A DNA stretch of 64,000 nucleotides from Hemiscyllium ocellatum (taxonomy: Eukaryota): NCBI RefSeq assembly GCF_020745735.1, contig NC_083409.1:14479873-14543872 (forward strand), written 5' to 3'. Position 1 is the first letter of the stretch; each line of letters starts with the position of its first letter. The translations under genes and the position numbers were made by a program. This document shows, in pieces, positions 46,801-60,916 of this stretch. The notes beneath the pieces are model-generated. The model was not told the DNA's origin, ran no database searches, and saw only the letters and a program-made list of their open reading frames with translations.

Positions 46801-47758
46801 ATTACACTCCATCTGCCTAATATTACTCCAAAGCCCAGCTTTGTCGAATACTCAGCAGGATGGACCCCTTCACTGGGAAATAGTCATTTGTAACAATGCT
46901 CTGGTTTGGGCTTTGCTGTCTGTACAAACCATCTGTAATGTCTTTGCTGCAATGGTTCACATTTACATCATCAAGCTCACACTCCAAATATCCCGTCATT
47001 ATTCTCCATGGCTGAAGAATACGGCCCTGGCTGATCCTTTCCCTGCAGCAAGGGACCCAGTGGAATGTCATCATTAGGATTGTTATTTGAGTGGAGCAGG
47101 TCCACTCCGGATCTGGATCTCAGGTTTGGGAATGTGCGGCGATGCTGGATCAGAGGATGGAGTCTCCTCCAGAACTGGGAAAATGTAACAATGAGAATCC
47201 AATCAGACAGAGCCTTGTCAGGGAGGGAGGGAGGGGGATGTCGGTGGTGGGCACTGTAAACCAGCTCATGGTGTCTAAGAGGCCGAGTGGACAGTTTCTG
47301 GTTAGAAATTGAAGCTTCTGCAGCTTCCCCGGCTTCCAGCTCCATCATTAAATCAAGAGCAGTTTCAACAGAGGAACCCCATTTCTTAGCAGCACACACT
47401 GACACCATCATCAGAACAGAAAGAATAGGGACACAGGAGGCCATTCAGCCACTCCAGCCTGCTCCACTAAACCCCAGGGAATAGTGTCCCAATTGACTCC
47501 ATTTGGCCTCATCAGAGTATCCCCTTATGCCAGGAACCAACTTCACGAATCTTTGCTGCACTCCTTCCAGGTAGAGTCTGGGTGAGTCTATCCTTCCATC
47601 GGGAAGGAAATCAAAACTGGACCCAGTGCTGCCGGTGCGGCCTCACCAAGGCCTGACATAATTGGAATAAGACTCCTTCCCTCAGACATGGACAACAGCT
47701 GGCTCCCAATAATTGGCTCCCTCTCCGTCTCTATCTCTCTCTTTCTCTATCTCTTTGC

Positions 47759-47790
<32 letters not shown>

Positions 47791-48289
47791 CTTTCCCTCT
47801 CTTTGTCTTTGCATCACCCCATCTCTCCCTCTCTCTCAGTCTCGATGCTGACTTCTAACTCTGCAAGGGTTCTCTGGTGGTCAGTGTTTAATAGAAGGTG
47901 CTGTGTGTCAGTATATTTTCGATGCTGTAGGGTTTATGAACATGGGGGGAGGGGAATCAGGCTCCGTTCTTTGATGTCAGGCAGTGATGGCTGTCCCAGT
48001 GGGTCAGACTGTGATACTGCTGTTTGCTGGCACTGATACTGTGATATGGATTGCAATGTCACTCAGTGTGACAGGAGGTTACATGGCTTGATCAGTGGTG
48101 AGGGAGGAGCAGTCTGAACAAGGAGATGCAATCATCAGTCACTGCTGAAACCCTTCACACAGCCCTCACCGTCCAGAAACTTCTTCACCAAAGATTCTTT
48201 CAGCTCCTTCATGACAGCCCTGGAGCTGAAAATGGAAACAGAGGAAGACACCTGTTCAAGATGCTCCTGGACACAATGTTGCCCACTAA

Positions 48290-49560
48290 TGTGTGCAAAA
48301 TCATGTCTCACAAACTTGATTGAGTGTTTTGAAGAAGTAACAAAGAGGATTGATGAGGACAGAGTGTCAGATGGGATCTATGTGGATTTCAGTAAGGCAT
48401 TCAACAAGGTCCCACGTGGGAGACTGGTTAGCAAGGTTATGTCTTATGGAATACAGGGAGAACTAGCCATTTGTATCCAGAACTTTCTGAAAAGTAGAAG
48501 ACAGCGGAGGTTGGTGGAGGGATGGTTTTCAGACTGGAGGCCTGTGACCAGTGGAGTGCCACAAGGGTTGGTGCTGAATCCACTACTTTTCATCATTTAT
48601 ATAAATGATTTGGGTGTGAACATAGGAGATATAGTTAGTAAGTTTACAGATGACTCCAAAATTGGTGGTGTAGTGGACGGCGAAGAAGGTTTCCTCAGAT
48701 AACAATGGGATCTTGATCAAAAGGTCAAATGAGCTGAAGTGTAGCAGATGGAGTCTAATTTAGATAAATGCGAGATGCTTCATTTTAGCTAAGTAACTCT
48801 TAGCAGGATGTATGTACTTAATGGTCATGTCCCAAAGAGTGTTGCTGAACAAATACACCTTGGAGTGCAGTTTCATAGCTCCTTGAAAGTAGAGTCGCAG
48901 GTAGATAGGATAGTGAAGAAGGCATTTGGTATGCTTTCCTTTATTGGTCAGAGTACTGAGTACAGGAGTTGGGAGGTCATGTTGTGGCTGTACAGGACAT
49001 TGGATAGACCACTTTTGGACAATTGTGCACAATTCCAGTCTCCATCCTATCGGAAGAATGTTGTGAATCTTGAAAGGGTTCAGAAAAGATTTACAAGAAT
49101 GTTGCCAGGGTTGGAGGATTTGTGCTATAGGTAGAAGTTGAATAGGTTGGGTCTGTTTTCGCTGGACCATCAGAGGCTAAGGGGTGACCTTATAGAGGTT
49201 TATAAAAGTATGAGGGGCATGGATAGGATAAAGAGATAAGTCTTTTCCCTGGGGATGGGGAGTCCAAAACTAGAGGGCATAGGTTTCGGGTGAGAGGGGA
49301 AAAATATAAAAGAGACTTGAGGGGGCCAATGTTTCACGCAGAGGGTGGTGTGTGTGTGTGAAATGGGCTGCCAGAGGAAGTGGTGGAGGCTAGTACAATT
49401 ACAACATTTAAAATGCATCTGGACAGGTATATGAATAGGAAGGGTTTCGATGGACATGGGCCGGGTGTTGGCAGGTGTACAAGATTGGGGTGGGATGTTT
49501 GGTCGGCATGGATGTGTTAGACTGAAGGGTCTGTTTCCGTAATGAACATCTCTGCGACTT
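48290..49560 (+). mobile_element. CR1 RT and 3' end
   Basis: KSCLTNLIECFEEVTK...DFSKAFNKVP...GVPQGLVL...YINDL...KFTDDSK. Confidence 0.92.
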
Positions 49561-50429
49561 AATGACTCCAGGAGGATGTTGTTCAGCCCCTCGATTCAGT
49601 GCTATCTGTTTACTAACCTCACTCACCATGAAAATCTCTGTTGAATGTCCGTTGTTGGGATTTGATTGAATCAAGTTTTAGAGACAAAATGTCTGACAAA
49701 TCTAAACTGATCAGAATAAGTCAGCATGGAATTAAAAAGGTTCAGACACCTTCAACTGACCTGGTGACATACTATAAAGAGGTCACTAATGTGTGAGATA
49801 AGGGAATGTGTTGTTTATATGGACGTCCAGATGACATTAAAGGAAGTTACGCACAAATATTATGATGTTATAAATGAAACAAAGAGATGACAGATAAACA
49901 TATTCTGGATCTTTCTTCACAAATGAATTCTCAAATATATCTTTAAAATGTTGGTGAACCCAGGGTCTTATCAGAGGAAGGAACTAAAGGAATCAGTTTT
50001 TGTAGGGAAATTGTTCTGGGAAAATTAAAGTATGTTAAATCAGCAGGGACAAATAATCTATTTTCGGGAGTACTTCAGGAAGTGGTTGCAAAACATTGAC
50101 AGCTATCTGTTTGTCAGCTGTGGAATAGGTTCTAGGGAGTGGTGGGCAGCTAATTTAACACAATTATTGAAAAAAAGAGAGAGAGAGGGAAAATAAGGCA
50201 TTTGAGACCAATTAACCGGACATCAGCAGTGGGAAGTGGAGAAAATGTTCAAGTTCAGTATAAAATATTTTATAGCTTAGCACTTTGAAAACAGTGACAG
50301 AATTGGACAGAGTCTGCATGGATTTTCGAAAGGGAAATCATGCTTAACAAATCACCTGGAATTGTTCAAGGATGTAGCAAGTGGATGTGATAATGTGGAC
50401 CCCATGGATATGGTTTATTTGGACTTTGT

Positions 50430-52920
50430 AAGGGGAGAAGGCAGGTGGTTCTGTGGTCAAAAATGAGACTTCTGAATAGCATGTTGCCTCCCAGGTGCAC
50501 AGGTCAGGGATGTTTCAGATCAGCTGCAGGACATTCTGAATGGGGAGGTGAACAGTTAGCTGTGATGGTGCATGTAGGCACAAATGATATCAGCAATAAA
50601 TGGGATAAGGTCCTACAAGCAGAATTTAGGGTTAGGAATCATGTTAAAAAGTAGGACCTCAGAGGTGGTAATCTCAGGATTGCAACCAGTGCCAAGTAGC
50701 AGAAATGAAACAAAAAAGGCAGGATGAAGGCATGACTTGAGAGATGGTGTAGGAGGGAGATACTCAGACTTTTGGGACATTAGGACCAGTTCAGGGAGAG
50801 GTGGGACTACTACAAATCAGATGGTCTACACCTGGGCAGGACTGGAACTAATGTCCTCTGTGGTACCTTTGCTCACTCTCTTGGGGAGGGTTCAAGATAA
50901 GGTAGCAGAGGGTTGGCAAGATTAGGGAACCCTGGATGACAGATGAAATTGTGAGACTAGCTAAGAGGAAAAAGGATGCATACATAAGGTCTAGGCAGCT
51001 GAAAACAGACAAAGCTTTGGAAGAATATCGGGAGACTAGTAATTTGAAATGAGGAATGAAAAGGGCTAAAAGGGGTCATAAAATATCATTAGCAAACAGG
51101 GTTAAGGAAAATCCCAAAGCCTTTTATTCATATATAAGGAGCAAGTGGGTCACTAGCAAAAGGGTTGTCCCACTCAAGGACAAAGGAGGAAGGTTATGTG
51201 TGGAGTCAGAGAAAATGGCTGAGCTTCTTAATGAGTGCTTTGTTTCAGTATTCACCAAGGACAGGGAAAGGATGGATGTTGAAATTGGGGATAGATGTTT
51301 GATTACTTTAGGTCAAGTCGGTTTAAGGGTGGAGGGAGTGTTGAGTATACTAAAAGGCATTAAGGTGGACAAGTCCCCAGGTCGGGATGGGATCTATCCC
51401 AGGTTACCGAGGGAACCGAGAGAGGAAATAGCTGGGGCCTTAGCAGATATTTTGTAGCCGCCTTAAAAGTGGCAGAGATCCCAGAGGACTGGAGAATTGC
51501 TAATGTTGTCCTCTTGTTTAAGAAGGGCAGCAAGGATGATCCAGGTAATTATAGACCGGTGAGCCAGACATCAGTGGTAGGGAAGATGCTGGAGAAGATA
51601 CTGAGGGATTGGACCTATTTACATTTGGAAGAAAATTGACTTATCAGTGATAGGCAGCATGATTTTGTGCAGGGAATGTCATATCTTACTAACTTAATAG
51701 AATTCTTTGAAGAAGTGACAAAGTAGATTGATGAGGAATGGGCTATAGATGTCATATACATGAGCTTCAGTAAGGTGTTTTGCAAAGTTCCCCATGGTAG
51801 CCTGATGGAGAAATGAACGTTGCATGGGGTCCAGGGTGTACTAGCCAGATGGATAGAGAACAGGCTGGCCAGCAGGAGACAGAGAGTAGTAGTGGAAGGG
51901 AGTTTCCCAAAATGGAGACCTGTGACCTGTGGTGGTCCACAGGGATCCATGTTGTTTATGATATACATAAATGATCTGGAGGAAGGTATAGGTAGTCTGA
52001 TTGGCAAGTTTGCAGATGACACTAAGATTGGTGGAGTAGCAGATAGTGAAGGGGACTGTCAGAGAATACAGCAGAATATAGATAGATTGGAGAGTTGGAC
52101 AGAGAATGGGACAGATGGAGTTCAATCCGGACAAATGCGAGCTGATGAATTTTGGAAGATCCAATTCTAGAGTGAACTATACAGTGAATGGAAAGCCCTG
52201 GAGAAAATAGATGTACAGAGAGATCTGGGTGTTCAGGTTCATTGTAACGTGAATGTTTCAACACAGGTCGAGAGAGTGGTCAAGAAGGTATATGGCATGC
52301 TTTCCTTCATTGGATGGGGAACAGAGTACAAAAGTTGGCAGGTCATGTTAGAATTGCATCGGACTTTGGTTTGGCCACATTTGGAATACTGCCCACAGTT
52401 CTGGTCTCCACATTACCAGAAGGATGTGGATGCTTTGGAGAGGGTGCAGAGGAGGTTCACCAGGATTGCCTGGTATGGAGGGCACTAGCTACGAAGAGAG
52501 GTTGAGTAGATCAGGATTATTTTCATGAGAAAGTCGAATGTTGAGGGGAGACCTGCTTGAGATCTACAAAATCATGAGAGGGAGAGACAGAGTGGATAGC
52601 ACGAAGCTTTTTCCCAGAGTCGGGGACTCAATTACTAGGGGTCATGAGTTCAAGTTAAAAGGGGAAAGTTTAAGGGAGAAATGCATGGAAAGTTCTTTAC
52701 ACAGAGTGTGGTTGGTGCCTGGAACGTATTGCCAGCGGAGGTGGTAGAGGCAGGCATGATCACACCATTAAAGATGTATCCAGACAGACACATGAATGGG
52801 CAGGGAGTAAAGGGATACAGATCCTTGGAAAATTGATGGCCAGTTTAGGTAGAAGATCTGGATCGGCGCAGGCTTGGAGGGCTGAAGGGTCTGAGTATGC
52901 ACTGTAATTTTCTTTGTTCT
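50430..52920 (+). mobile_element. CR1 ORF1 remnant and ORF2 to 3' tail
   Basis: VMVHVGTNDI (esterase); ENPKAFYSYIRSK; YINDLEEG...KFADDTKIGG; tail gcactgtaattttctttgttctttg. Confidence 0.9.
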
Positions 52921-52929
52921 TTGAACTGA

Positions 52930-54190
52930 GGAAGCTCAGTGGGACAGATTGATCTTGGGGTACTTGCCTACTGATCTCTGAATGTGGCTAGACAGGTTAA
53001 CAGAGCAGTTATGAAGGCACTTGCATTTGTCATTTCAGGTATTGGTTATAAAAGCAGGAGAATATGGTGCAGTTAAGCAGAACATTGGTTAGGCCACAGC
53101 TGGAGTACTGTGTACAGTTCAGGTCAACACACTGTAGGAAGGATTTGATTGCACTTGATGGGGTGCAGAGGGGAATCACCAGGATGTTTTGTGGGATGGA
53201 ACCTCTCAGTGATGAAGAGAGATTGGATCAGCTCGGGTTGTTTTCTTCAGAGCAGAGAAGGTGGAGGGGGGACCTGATAGAGATGTATAAGGTTATGAGG
53301 GGAATGGACAGGGAGGAGAGAAAGCAGCTATTCTCCTTTGTGGGAGCGTCAATAACAAGTTGGTTCACATTCAATGTGAAAGATAGGAGGTTTCAAGATG
53401 CTTTGAGGAAATTGTTTTTCACCCAGAGGATGGTGTGGGTCTGGAATGCACACTGTGGGAGGATGGTTGAAGTGGGAAACCTCACAAACCTTAAATAGTG
53501 CTTGGGTGAGCAGTTAAAATATCAGAACATTAAAACTATGAGCCTTGTGTTGGAAAGGGAGACTGGTGTAGGTTTAGTGTAAATTGGTTGGTACACAGTT
53601 AATGGGCCAAAGGGCCTCTTCTGTACTGTGTGATTTTATGATTCTATTGCATGCAGTTTTGGATTCAGTATCTGAGGAAGGATGTTCTGGTTGTGGGGGG
53701 AGGGCAATGAAGGTCTACCAGACTGATCCCTGGGACGACAGCACTTATATCTGTTGAGAAACTGGATCAGTTAGGACCATATTCGCTGGAAGTTAGAAGA
53801 TTGAGAGGAATCACATTGAAACCTTCAAAATCCTAACAGGACAAGACCGGAAAAACACAGGAAGGAGTTCCTAATGACTGGAGAATCCAAAACCAGGAAT
53901 TACAGTTTAAAGAAAAGGAAAAGGCCATTTCGGACTGAGATGAGGAGATATTTCTTTAGCCAGAGAATGGGAAGCTGGTGGAATATTCTGTCACTGAAAG
54001 CAGTTGAGCCCAAACCATTAAATGTTTTCAAGAAGATGATAGGTACAGTTCTTGGGACTGAAGGGATTAAAGGTTATGGGGGAAATTGGGAACAGGGGAC
54101 AAAGTTGAATAATCAACCATGGTCATATTGAATGGTGGAGCTTACTCAAAGGGCTGAATGGCCTCCTCCTGCTCCAAGTTCCTTTGCTTC
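52930..54190 (+). mobile_element. Two CR1 3' fragments
   Basis: ORFs 53064+ (LVRPQLEYCVQF) and 53874+. Confidence 0.85.
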
Positions 54191-54249
54191 TTTGTATGAG
54201 AGATTGTTCATAAACATGGAAACAATGGAATTTATAGAGTCACAGAATC

Positions 54250-55030
54250 ATCGAGTCCTACAGCACAGAGACAGGTCCTTTGGCCCAAATTGGTCCACGC
54301 TGACCGAAACATCCATCCATGCAAACCCCATTTCCCTGCTCTTGGCCCATATCCTTCAAAAGTTTTCCTATCTATGTATTTGTCAAAATACCTTTTAAAT
54401 GTTGTTAATGTACCCGCTTCAATCATTTCCACTGGCAGCTCATTCCATATGCGGATGACCCTCTCTGTAAAGATGTTGTCCCTCAGGTTCCCTTTTATTC
54501 TAACCTTAAACTGATGCCCTCTAGTCCTCGATTCCCCAACTCTGGGAAAAAGACTGAGTGCATTCACTCTATCCATGTCTCTCATGATCTTATATACTTC
54601 TGAAAGATCCCCCTCAGTCTCCTACTCTCTAAGAAATAAGTCCTAATTTTCCCAACCTCTCCCTGTAACTCAGATCATTGAGTCCAGGCAACATCCTTGT
54701 AAATTTATTCTGTACTCTTTGTGATTTAATAATATCCTTCCTATAACAAGGTGACCAAAACTGAACACAATACTCCAAGTGTAATCTCACCAATGTACTG
54801 TACAACTGTAAAATAACTTCCCAAATTCTATACCCGGTACCCTGACTGATGAAGGTCATGATACCGCTTCTTGTAATGTCATCTACAAACTTACTAATCA
54901 TGCTTTGCAGATTCTTATCCAAATTATTGATATAGATAACAAACAGTAATGGGTCCAGCACTGAACCCTGAGGCACTCCCTAAGTTACTGGCCCCCAGTC
55001 TGACAAGCAGCCTTCCACTATGACCCTCTG
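54250..55030 (-). mobile_element. CR1 3' fragment
   Basis: PQGSVLDPLLFVIYINNLD; LVRLHLEYCVQFWSP. Confidence 0.88.
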
Positions 55031-55799
55031 CTTCCTACTATTAAGCCAATTAAAGAAAAGTATTTGTGTTTGGTGAGGAATTCGTTTGGATGTAGGAGGC
55101 CTTTGGATGTAGGAGACAGAGAAGAGGGATAATGTGTGTGCTCTCCAATAATGTGAATATTGGTGTCTCCAGAGATCTACGTTGGGACCTCAGCCTTTCA
55201 CGATATTTCTCAATGACTTGGTATAGATTGCTGACCACACTGAGCGAGGCAGGTTGGAGGAGGTTACAGAGATAGGGAGGGTGGAGGACAGGGAGGGATT
55301 CGAGAACAAGGATGAGAATTTGATAACCGAGGTGTTGCTGATCCAGGAGGCAATGTAGACATGGCATGCAGGGGGTTGGGGGAACAGACGTTGGTGCAAG
55401 TTTGGACATGGGCAGAAGACTTTGGGAAGAGTGGAGGGCAATGACTGTGATGTGTGCAAGCACAACATTGGAATGGCTATGTTTGGAGTCACAACAGCAT
55501 GGCTGAGATTTTCAGTTTCTGATCTTTGTGATGTGGAAGATGTGAGGCTCAGATCAGCCCCAAAGATGAGGCCAAGGTTGTAAAGAGTCTGTTTGAGCAG
55601 CAGATAGTGCTCAGGGAGAGGGATGGAGTCTATACCAGGAGCTGAAGAGGATGACTTTGATCCTCCCAATATGTTTTCCAGTGATCCTGGCTCCTCAGTC
55701 CTGACTGCTCTAAGCTGCTGTGATTGTCACTGATCGGACACTTATTATTAGAGATTCTGACCACAGCAGAAAGCCCCAGTGTAAAAAAATAACTGTAAA

Positions 55800-55870
55800 G
55801 ACTATCAGATCGCAAGGTTGAAACTTCACCAATAGAGGAAGTGAAAGGAGCTCGGAGCAGCTGGGTGTTT
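55800..55870 (+). promoter_or_regulatory. Candidate B-cell enhancer (EICE + E-box), copy 2
   Basis: GGAAGTGAAA 55837-55846 and CAGCTG 55858-55863. Confidence 0.6.
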
Positions 55871-56099
55871 GTTACTGATATGGGAGAAAACTGTGAACTG
55901 TCTGCACTGCCTGGAACCTGACAGCACAGGAGGCTGGTTCTGGGATTTTTTTTTTACAGAAACAGCACAGTGATGGAAAAAGTGTCAGTCACTCTCTCAC
56001 AAACACACACACCTGCACTCAGAGATCAGAAACAGAAACCAGCAGCAGCGCTGTCTCCAAGCTGTGGAACCTAAACAGAATTGTTCCCTCATTCAGTTT

Positions 56100-58010
56100 T
56101 TATCTGGCAGGCTAGACCAAACAGCGGAGGCAACACAGTGGTGTGTACAGTCGGAAGGGAGTTGCCCTGAGAGTCCTCACCATTAACTATGGAATCCATG
56201 AAGCCTCATGACAGCAGGTCAAACATGGGGAAGGAAACCTCCTGCTGATTACCACATAGCACCGCCCTCCCCTCCAACCTCAACTGAGCAGTCAGTCCTC
56301 CTCCATGTTGACCAACACTTGGAGGGAGCACTGAGGGTGGGAAGGATGCAGGATATACCCTGAGTAAGGGACTTCAAAGTCCACCATCAAGGGCTGCTCA
56401 GAAGTATCACTACTGAGCAAGCTGGTCAAGTTCCACCTGATTCAGCTGCTAGACTGGACCTGGGGCAGGTGGTGAGGGAACCAACAAGAGGGAAAAACAT
56501 ACTCACTATCACCCTCACCAACCTGCCTGCTGCTGGTGTATCTGTCCATGACAGTATCAGTAAGAGTGACCATAGCACAGTCCGTGTGGAGACACAATCC
56601 CGTCTTCACATTGAGATTACCTTACATTTTGTTGGGCAAGAGATATGGAATATCAGGAAGGACTTTGTTTTTAGTAGCAATTGGTAATGACTTGGAAATT
56701 AGTGCCCATTCAGGTGAGGCAGGTGAAGACACTCAGTAATTGCAATGGCAGATTGGATGGGCTCTTGATGGAAATAAACCTGCAAGGCTCTGGGGGTCGA
56801 GTAGGGGAGGGGGTGGGACTGACTGGATTGCTCCATGAAATGACAGCATTTACCTGAGAGGCTGAATGTTCTCCCCCTGTGCTGGAAATAGGTCTCACTC
56901 AATGAGGGGTTCACAATTGGAGAGTTTAGATGCAGCAAATACAGGACAAATTGTTTCTCCAGGCAGGAGGGTCAGTAACCAGAGGGCACACATTTCAGAA
57001 AGGGTCTGAAGAACAAGAGAGAAGATAGGAACATTTTTATCCAGCGAGTTCATGATGACTGTCTGCAAGGTGAGTGGAAGTGGATTCAACAGCAACTTTC
57101 AAAAGGGCATTTAGAGAAATAGCTGAAAAGGAAACAATTGCAGGGTTATACAGGAAGGGCTAGGTAAATGGGACTCATTGGACTAATTTGACTAACAGTC
57201 ACAATAGGCCCAATGACCTCTGTCTGTGCTGTATAAGAGCTCACACACACTTAGACTCACCTTTACACAAAGACCAGGAGAAACAGGCACCCATTTTACA
57301 GAAGATTGTTTTCTCAAGCAAAATTTACAGTGTCCAAATGTGGCCTTACCAATGCCTTGTACAGCTGTAACATAATGTCCCAACTCCTGCACTCCCTGCT
57401 TTCACCAGTGAAGGTGAGCATGCCAAATACTTTCTTCACCAACCTGTCTGGTCCCACTTCCAAAGAACTATGTACCTGTACCATTAAGTCTCTCTGGTCC
57501 CCATGGCTCCACCATTCATTGTGTAATTCCTGCCCTGGTTTGTCTTATCAAAATGTAATTCCTTGCACTTATCAAAATTAAACTCCATCTGGATTTGTTG
57601 ACCCACTGGCCCAGTTGATCAAGATGACATTACACTCTGGATAACCTTCTTCCCGGTCCACTATGCCAACAATTTTAATGTCAGCCACAAACTTACTGAC
57701 CATTCCTGCTATTTTCTCATCCAAATTGTTCATATAAATGATGAACAACAGTGGATCCAAGATTGGTTCTTGTGGCAGACGGCTGGTCACTGGCTTCCAG
57801 TCTGAAGAATAACCCTCTCTCACCAGCCTCTGCCTCCTACCATCAGGCCAATTTTATATCCAATTGGCTAGCTCTCCCTGGATCCTCTGTGATATCATCT
57901 TACTGAGCAGTCTACCATAGGGAACCTTGTATAAGGCCTTGCTAAAGCCCATGTAGACGGTGCGCACTGCTTTACCGTGATCTATCTTCTTGATTACTTC
58001 TTCAAAAACT
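56100..58010. mobile_element. LINE fragments: CR1/L2-group APE (+, 56100-56620), CR1 tail (+), CR1 RT (-, 57260-58010)
   Basis: VREPTRGKNILTITLTNL; LPQEPILDPLLFIIYMNNLDEKIAGMVSKFVADIK. Confidence 0.75.
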
Positions 58011-60171
58011 CAGTCATCTGCTCATCTCCATTGGAAACTCCAATGAACAGTAGGCCCATGTTTACTGGTCCCTCATGGAGGATCCAGTCAGAAGGAGGCC
58101 CATGTTTACTGTTCTCCTTTAGAGAATCCAGTAGGAAGGAGGCCAATGTTTAATGGTTTTCTAGCTTCAGTGATAAAGAGGCCTATGTTTCTCCATTGAG
58201 CAGCCTTGTGAACTGAATTTCATGTTTACTGGACTCTGTTGGAGTATCCAGTGTTTCATGGACATCATGGCTGGTGTGTGGCCGAGCTTCTTTCTGTTGT
58301 AACTGTGTGATACTCTGACCCTCATACCAGTCAAACAGCCTGACTCAAAGACTGATCATGGAAGGGGAAGGAAAGCGAAGGGATTGGAACATGTTGCGAA
58401 TGCATTGGATGGGTCAGTGGGTCAGAGCCTGTCCTGTCCCTCCAGCTCACATTGAGGATCTCCTCTCTCTGCTGGGCCTTCATGAAATGAGCTTTGAGTC
58501 CAAACCAGTCCCCAGTGAACATAGGCCAACAGCACAGACTACCCTTCATTTGACAAGAATATGTCAGTCTTCCTGAGAGAGACTAAACCCTGGTCAATAT
58601 GGGAATTGGGACTTTACTCCAGGAGAAGACATGCTTCTGGGGTCAAGGGTTAACATCCATTAGTGGGACAGAGCAGAGGGAGATTTATTCTGTATTCAAC
58701 TGTCACCACCTGGGACACTGTGAGAAAGAGAGAGAAGTGAGATAGAGAGGTAGAGGGTGGATGTATGTTTGTGTAATTGAGGGAAAGATGGGGGAGCATC
58801 TGAGACAGTGTGAGATATGTGAGGGGACCAAGACCAAGGTAGAGGGAGGTAGAAATGGTGAGGTTGAGGGATAGAGAGAGAGAGAATCAAGATGTGACTG
58901 AGAGGGATGGAGAGAGAGAAAGAGACAGGATGGGTGTGATACCAAGAATGAAGGGAATCAAGAGAGAGAGAGTAGGGTTGAGTGTGTGTGAGAGAGAGAG
59001 ATAGATGAGCATGGTTAGAGACAAAATGGCAGAGAGGGAGGAAGAGAGACTGTAGATTGGGAATGCAGACAGGGAGGGAGAGACAGAGAGAGGAATAGAG
59101 AGGGGCAATTAACATTTGGAGGTTTTCAATTGATGTGAGAGATGCAGTGAGTGACAGTGAGAGAGAAAGATGCAGAAATAGAGATTATGAGACAGAGTGA
59201 GAGTGAGAGAGAGAGAGAGAGAGGTCTTGGTCACCACATTCTGGGAAGGATGTGATTGTACTTGAGAGGGTGCAGAGATTTCCCAGGATGCTGCCTGGGA
59301 TGGAGGGTCAGCTGTGAGGAAAGCTTGGAAAGGTTGGAATTGTTTTCCTTGGAGCAGTGAAGGCTGAGAGGGGACCTGATAGAGAGGGATAAGATTATTC
59401 GGAGCAGTGATAGGGTGGGCAGGAAGGCACTTTTTAAAAGAGTCAAGGATTCAATAACCAGGGACAGAGATTGAAGGTAACACAGACATGGCCACACAGA
59501 AACTGCTGCAGGAGTAAACCATTCGGCCCTTTGAGTCTGCTCTATCATTCAGTATGATCATGGCTGATCCTCCATCTCAAAGCCATATTCCTACCTTCTC
59601 ACCAGTCCCTTCATGCTTTGAAAATGCAAAACAATTATCTCTCTCTTTCTCTTGAATATATTCAGTTCCTTGTCCTCCATAGTTTGACTACCCTCTGAGT
59701 GAAGAAATGTTTCCTCATCTCAGTGTGTAATGGTCTACGCTGTATCCCCCTGAGATTGTGACCCCTGGTTCCAGACTCCCCAACCAGGGGAAAACCTCCT
59801 CCCTGCCCAGCCCTGTTAGAATGTCATATGTTTCAATCAGATCCCCTCTCATCCTTCTGAACTCGAGTGATATCAGGCCCAGTTGAGTTAGAGAGTGAGA
59901 GGTGAGTTGGGGAGAAATGTTTTCACCCAGAGGGTGGTGGGAGACTGGAACTCACTGCCTGAAAGGCTGGCTGAGTCACATACTCTTGTGATATTAGAGC
60001 AAGGTTTAGATATTCCTTTGTGTTGCTTAGCCCCCAAGTTAATGGGTGAGGAGGTGGCAGATGGGATTAGTGTCATCAGATCTTTGCTGACCAGTTTAGA
60101 CACAATGGGCCAAATGGCCTCAGTCAGTGCTGTTAACATGAATGACTATCTGAGACAAAGAGAGAGAATGG

Positions 60172-60205
<34 letters not shown>

Positions 60206-60241
60206 GACAGAGACAGAGAGAGAAGAGGAATTGTGAGGGGC

Positions 60242-60321
60242 TGACATGGCTCTTTCTGCCTGATGCCATTTACATACTGAGGAACACCCAGTCAAACTCT
60301 CACAGGCTGCAGCTTTCTAAA
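60242..60321 (+). promoter_or_regulatory. Decayed V promoter of the pseudogene
   Basis: TGACATGG (was TGACGTGG), ATTTACAT kept at 60268-60275, TTTCTAAA (was TTTATAAA). Confidence 0.7.
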
Positions 60322-60381
60322 GCAGAGCCCAGTGAAGGGAGAGTTTATCAGGAATCAGGCACAGGGACAGGAGCACACACC

Positions 60382-60916
60382 ATGATTTCACACATCCAGC
60401 TGATCTGGCCCCTGGCATTCTGTGTCGCAGGTACAAATCTCTCTCCTTCCACCTTGAATCTTTAGCTGCTCTCTATTTCACTCCAGTTCCACTGACTTGT
60501 GATTGAAGGGAAAATGCTGAAACCAGAGGAATGCTCAGAGTCTCCAACAATCTCTCATTTGACAGGCTCTTTCTGTGACAGTTCTGACTTCACTGTGTTT
60601 CTCTCTGATCCCTCAGGTATCAGTGGGGACATCATCATGACCCAGTCTCCCCGGTGCTGTCAGTGGGACTGGACCAGACTGCAACCATCACCTGTAAGGG
60701 CCAGTCAAAGCATTAGCAACTACCTTGCTTGGTACCAGCAGTGAGAAGGTCAGAACCCCTCTCTCCTGATCTACAATGCAACAACTCGATACACAGGAGT
60801 CTCCGAGTGATTCACCGGCAGTGGATCAGGGACCAGTTTCACCCTGACAATCAGCAACGTTCAGAATGAGGATGTCGCTGACTATTACTGTCAGCAGTAT
60901 TACAGCTGGTCTTACG
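60382..60916 (+). pseudogene. IGKV: Ig kappa V pseudogene lacking both J and RSS (leader 60382-60430, V 60617-60916)
   Basis: Leader MISHIQLIWPLAFCVAG. A -1 deletion near 60651 and a +1 insertion near 60699 compensate but lose the first Cys; CGA>TGA stops at 60742 and 60808. Ends [12 protein letters not shown] and fuses directly to J-C intron sequence. Confidence 0.95.

Noticed and set aside
46977-47444. 155-aa ORF with a hydrophobic N-terminus, and neighbouring ORFs to about 48300
   Set aside because: No recognisable domain, starts in a CR1 tail and ends in the duplicated decayed repeat; no support for coding status.
55966-55972. Perfect CACAGTG heptamers (also 61232-61238 and about 13882)
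   Set aside because: No ACAAAAACC-like nonamer at 12 or 23 bp and no adjacent V or J coding end.
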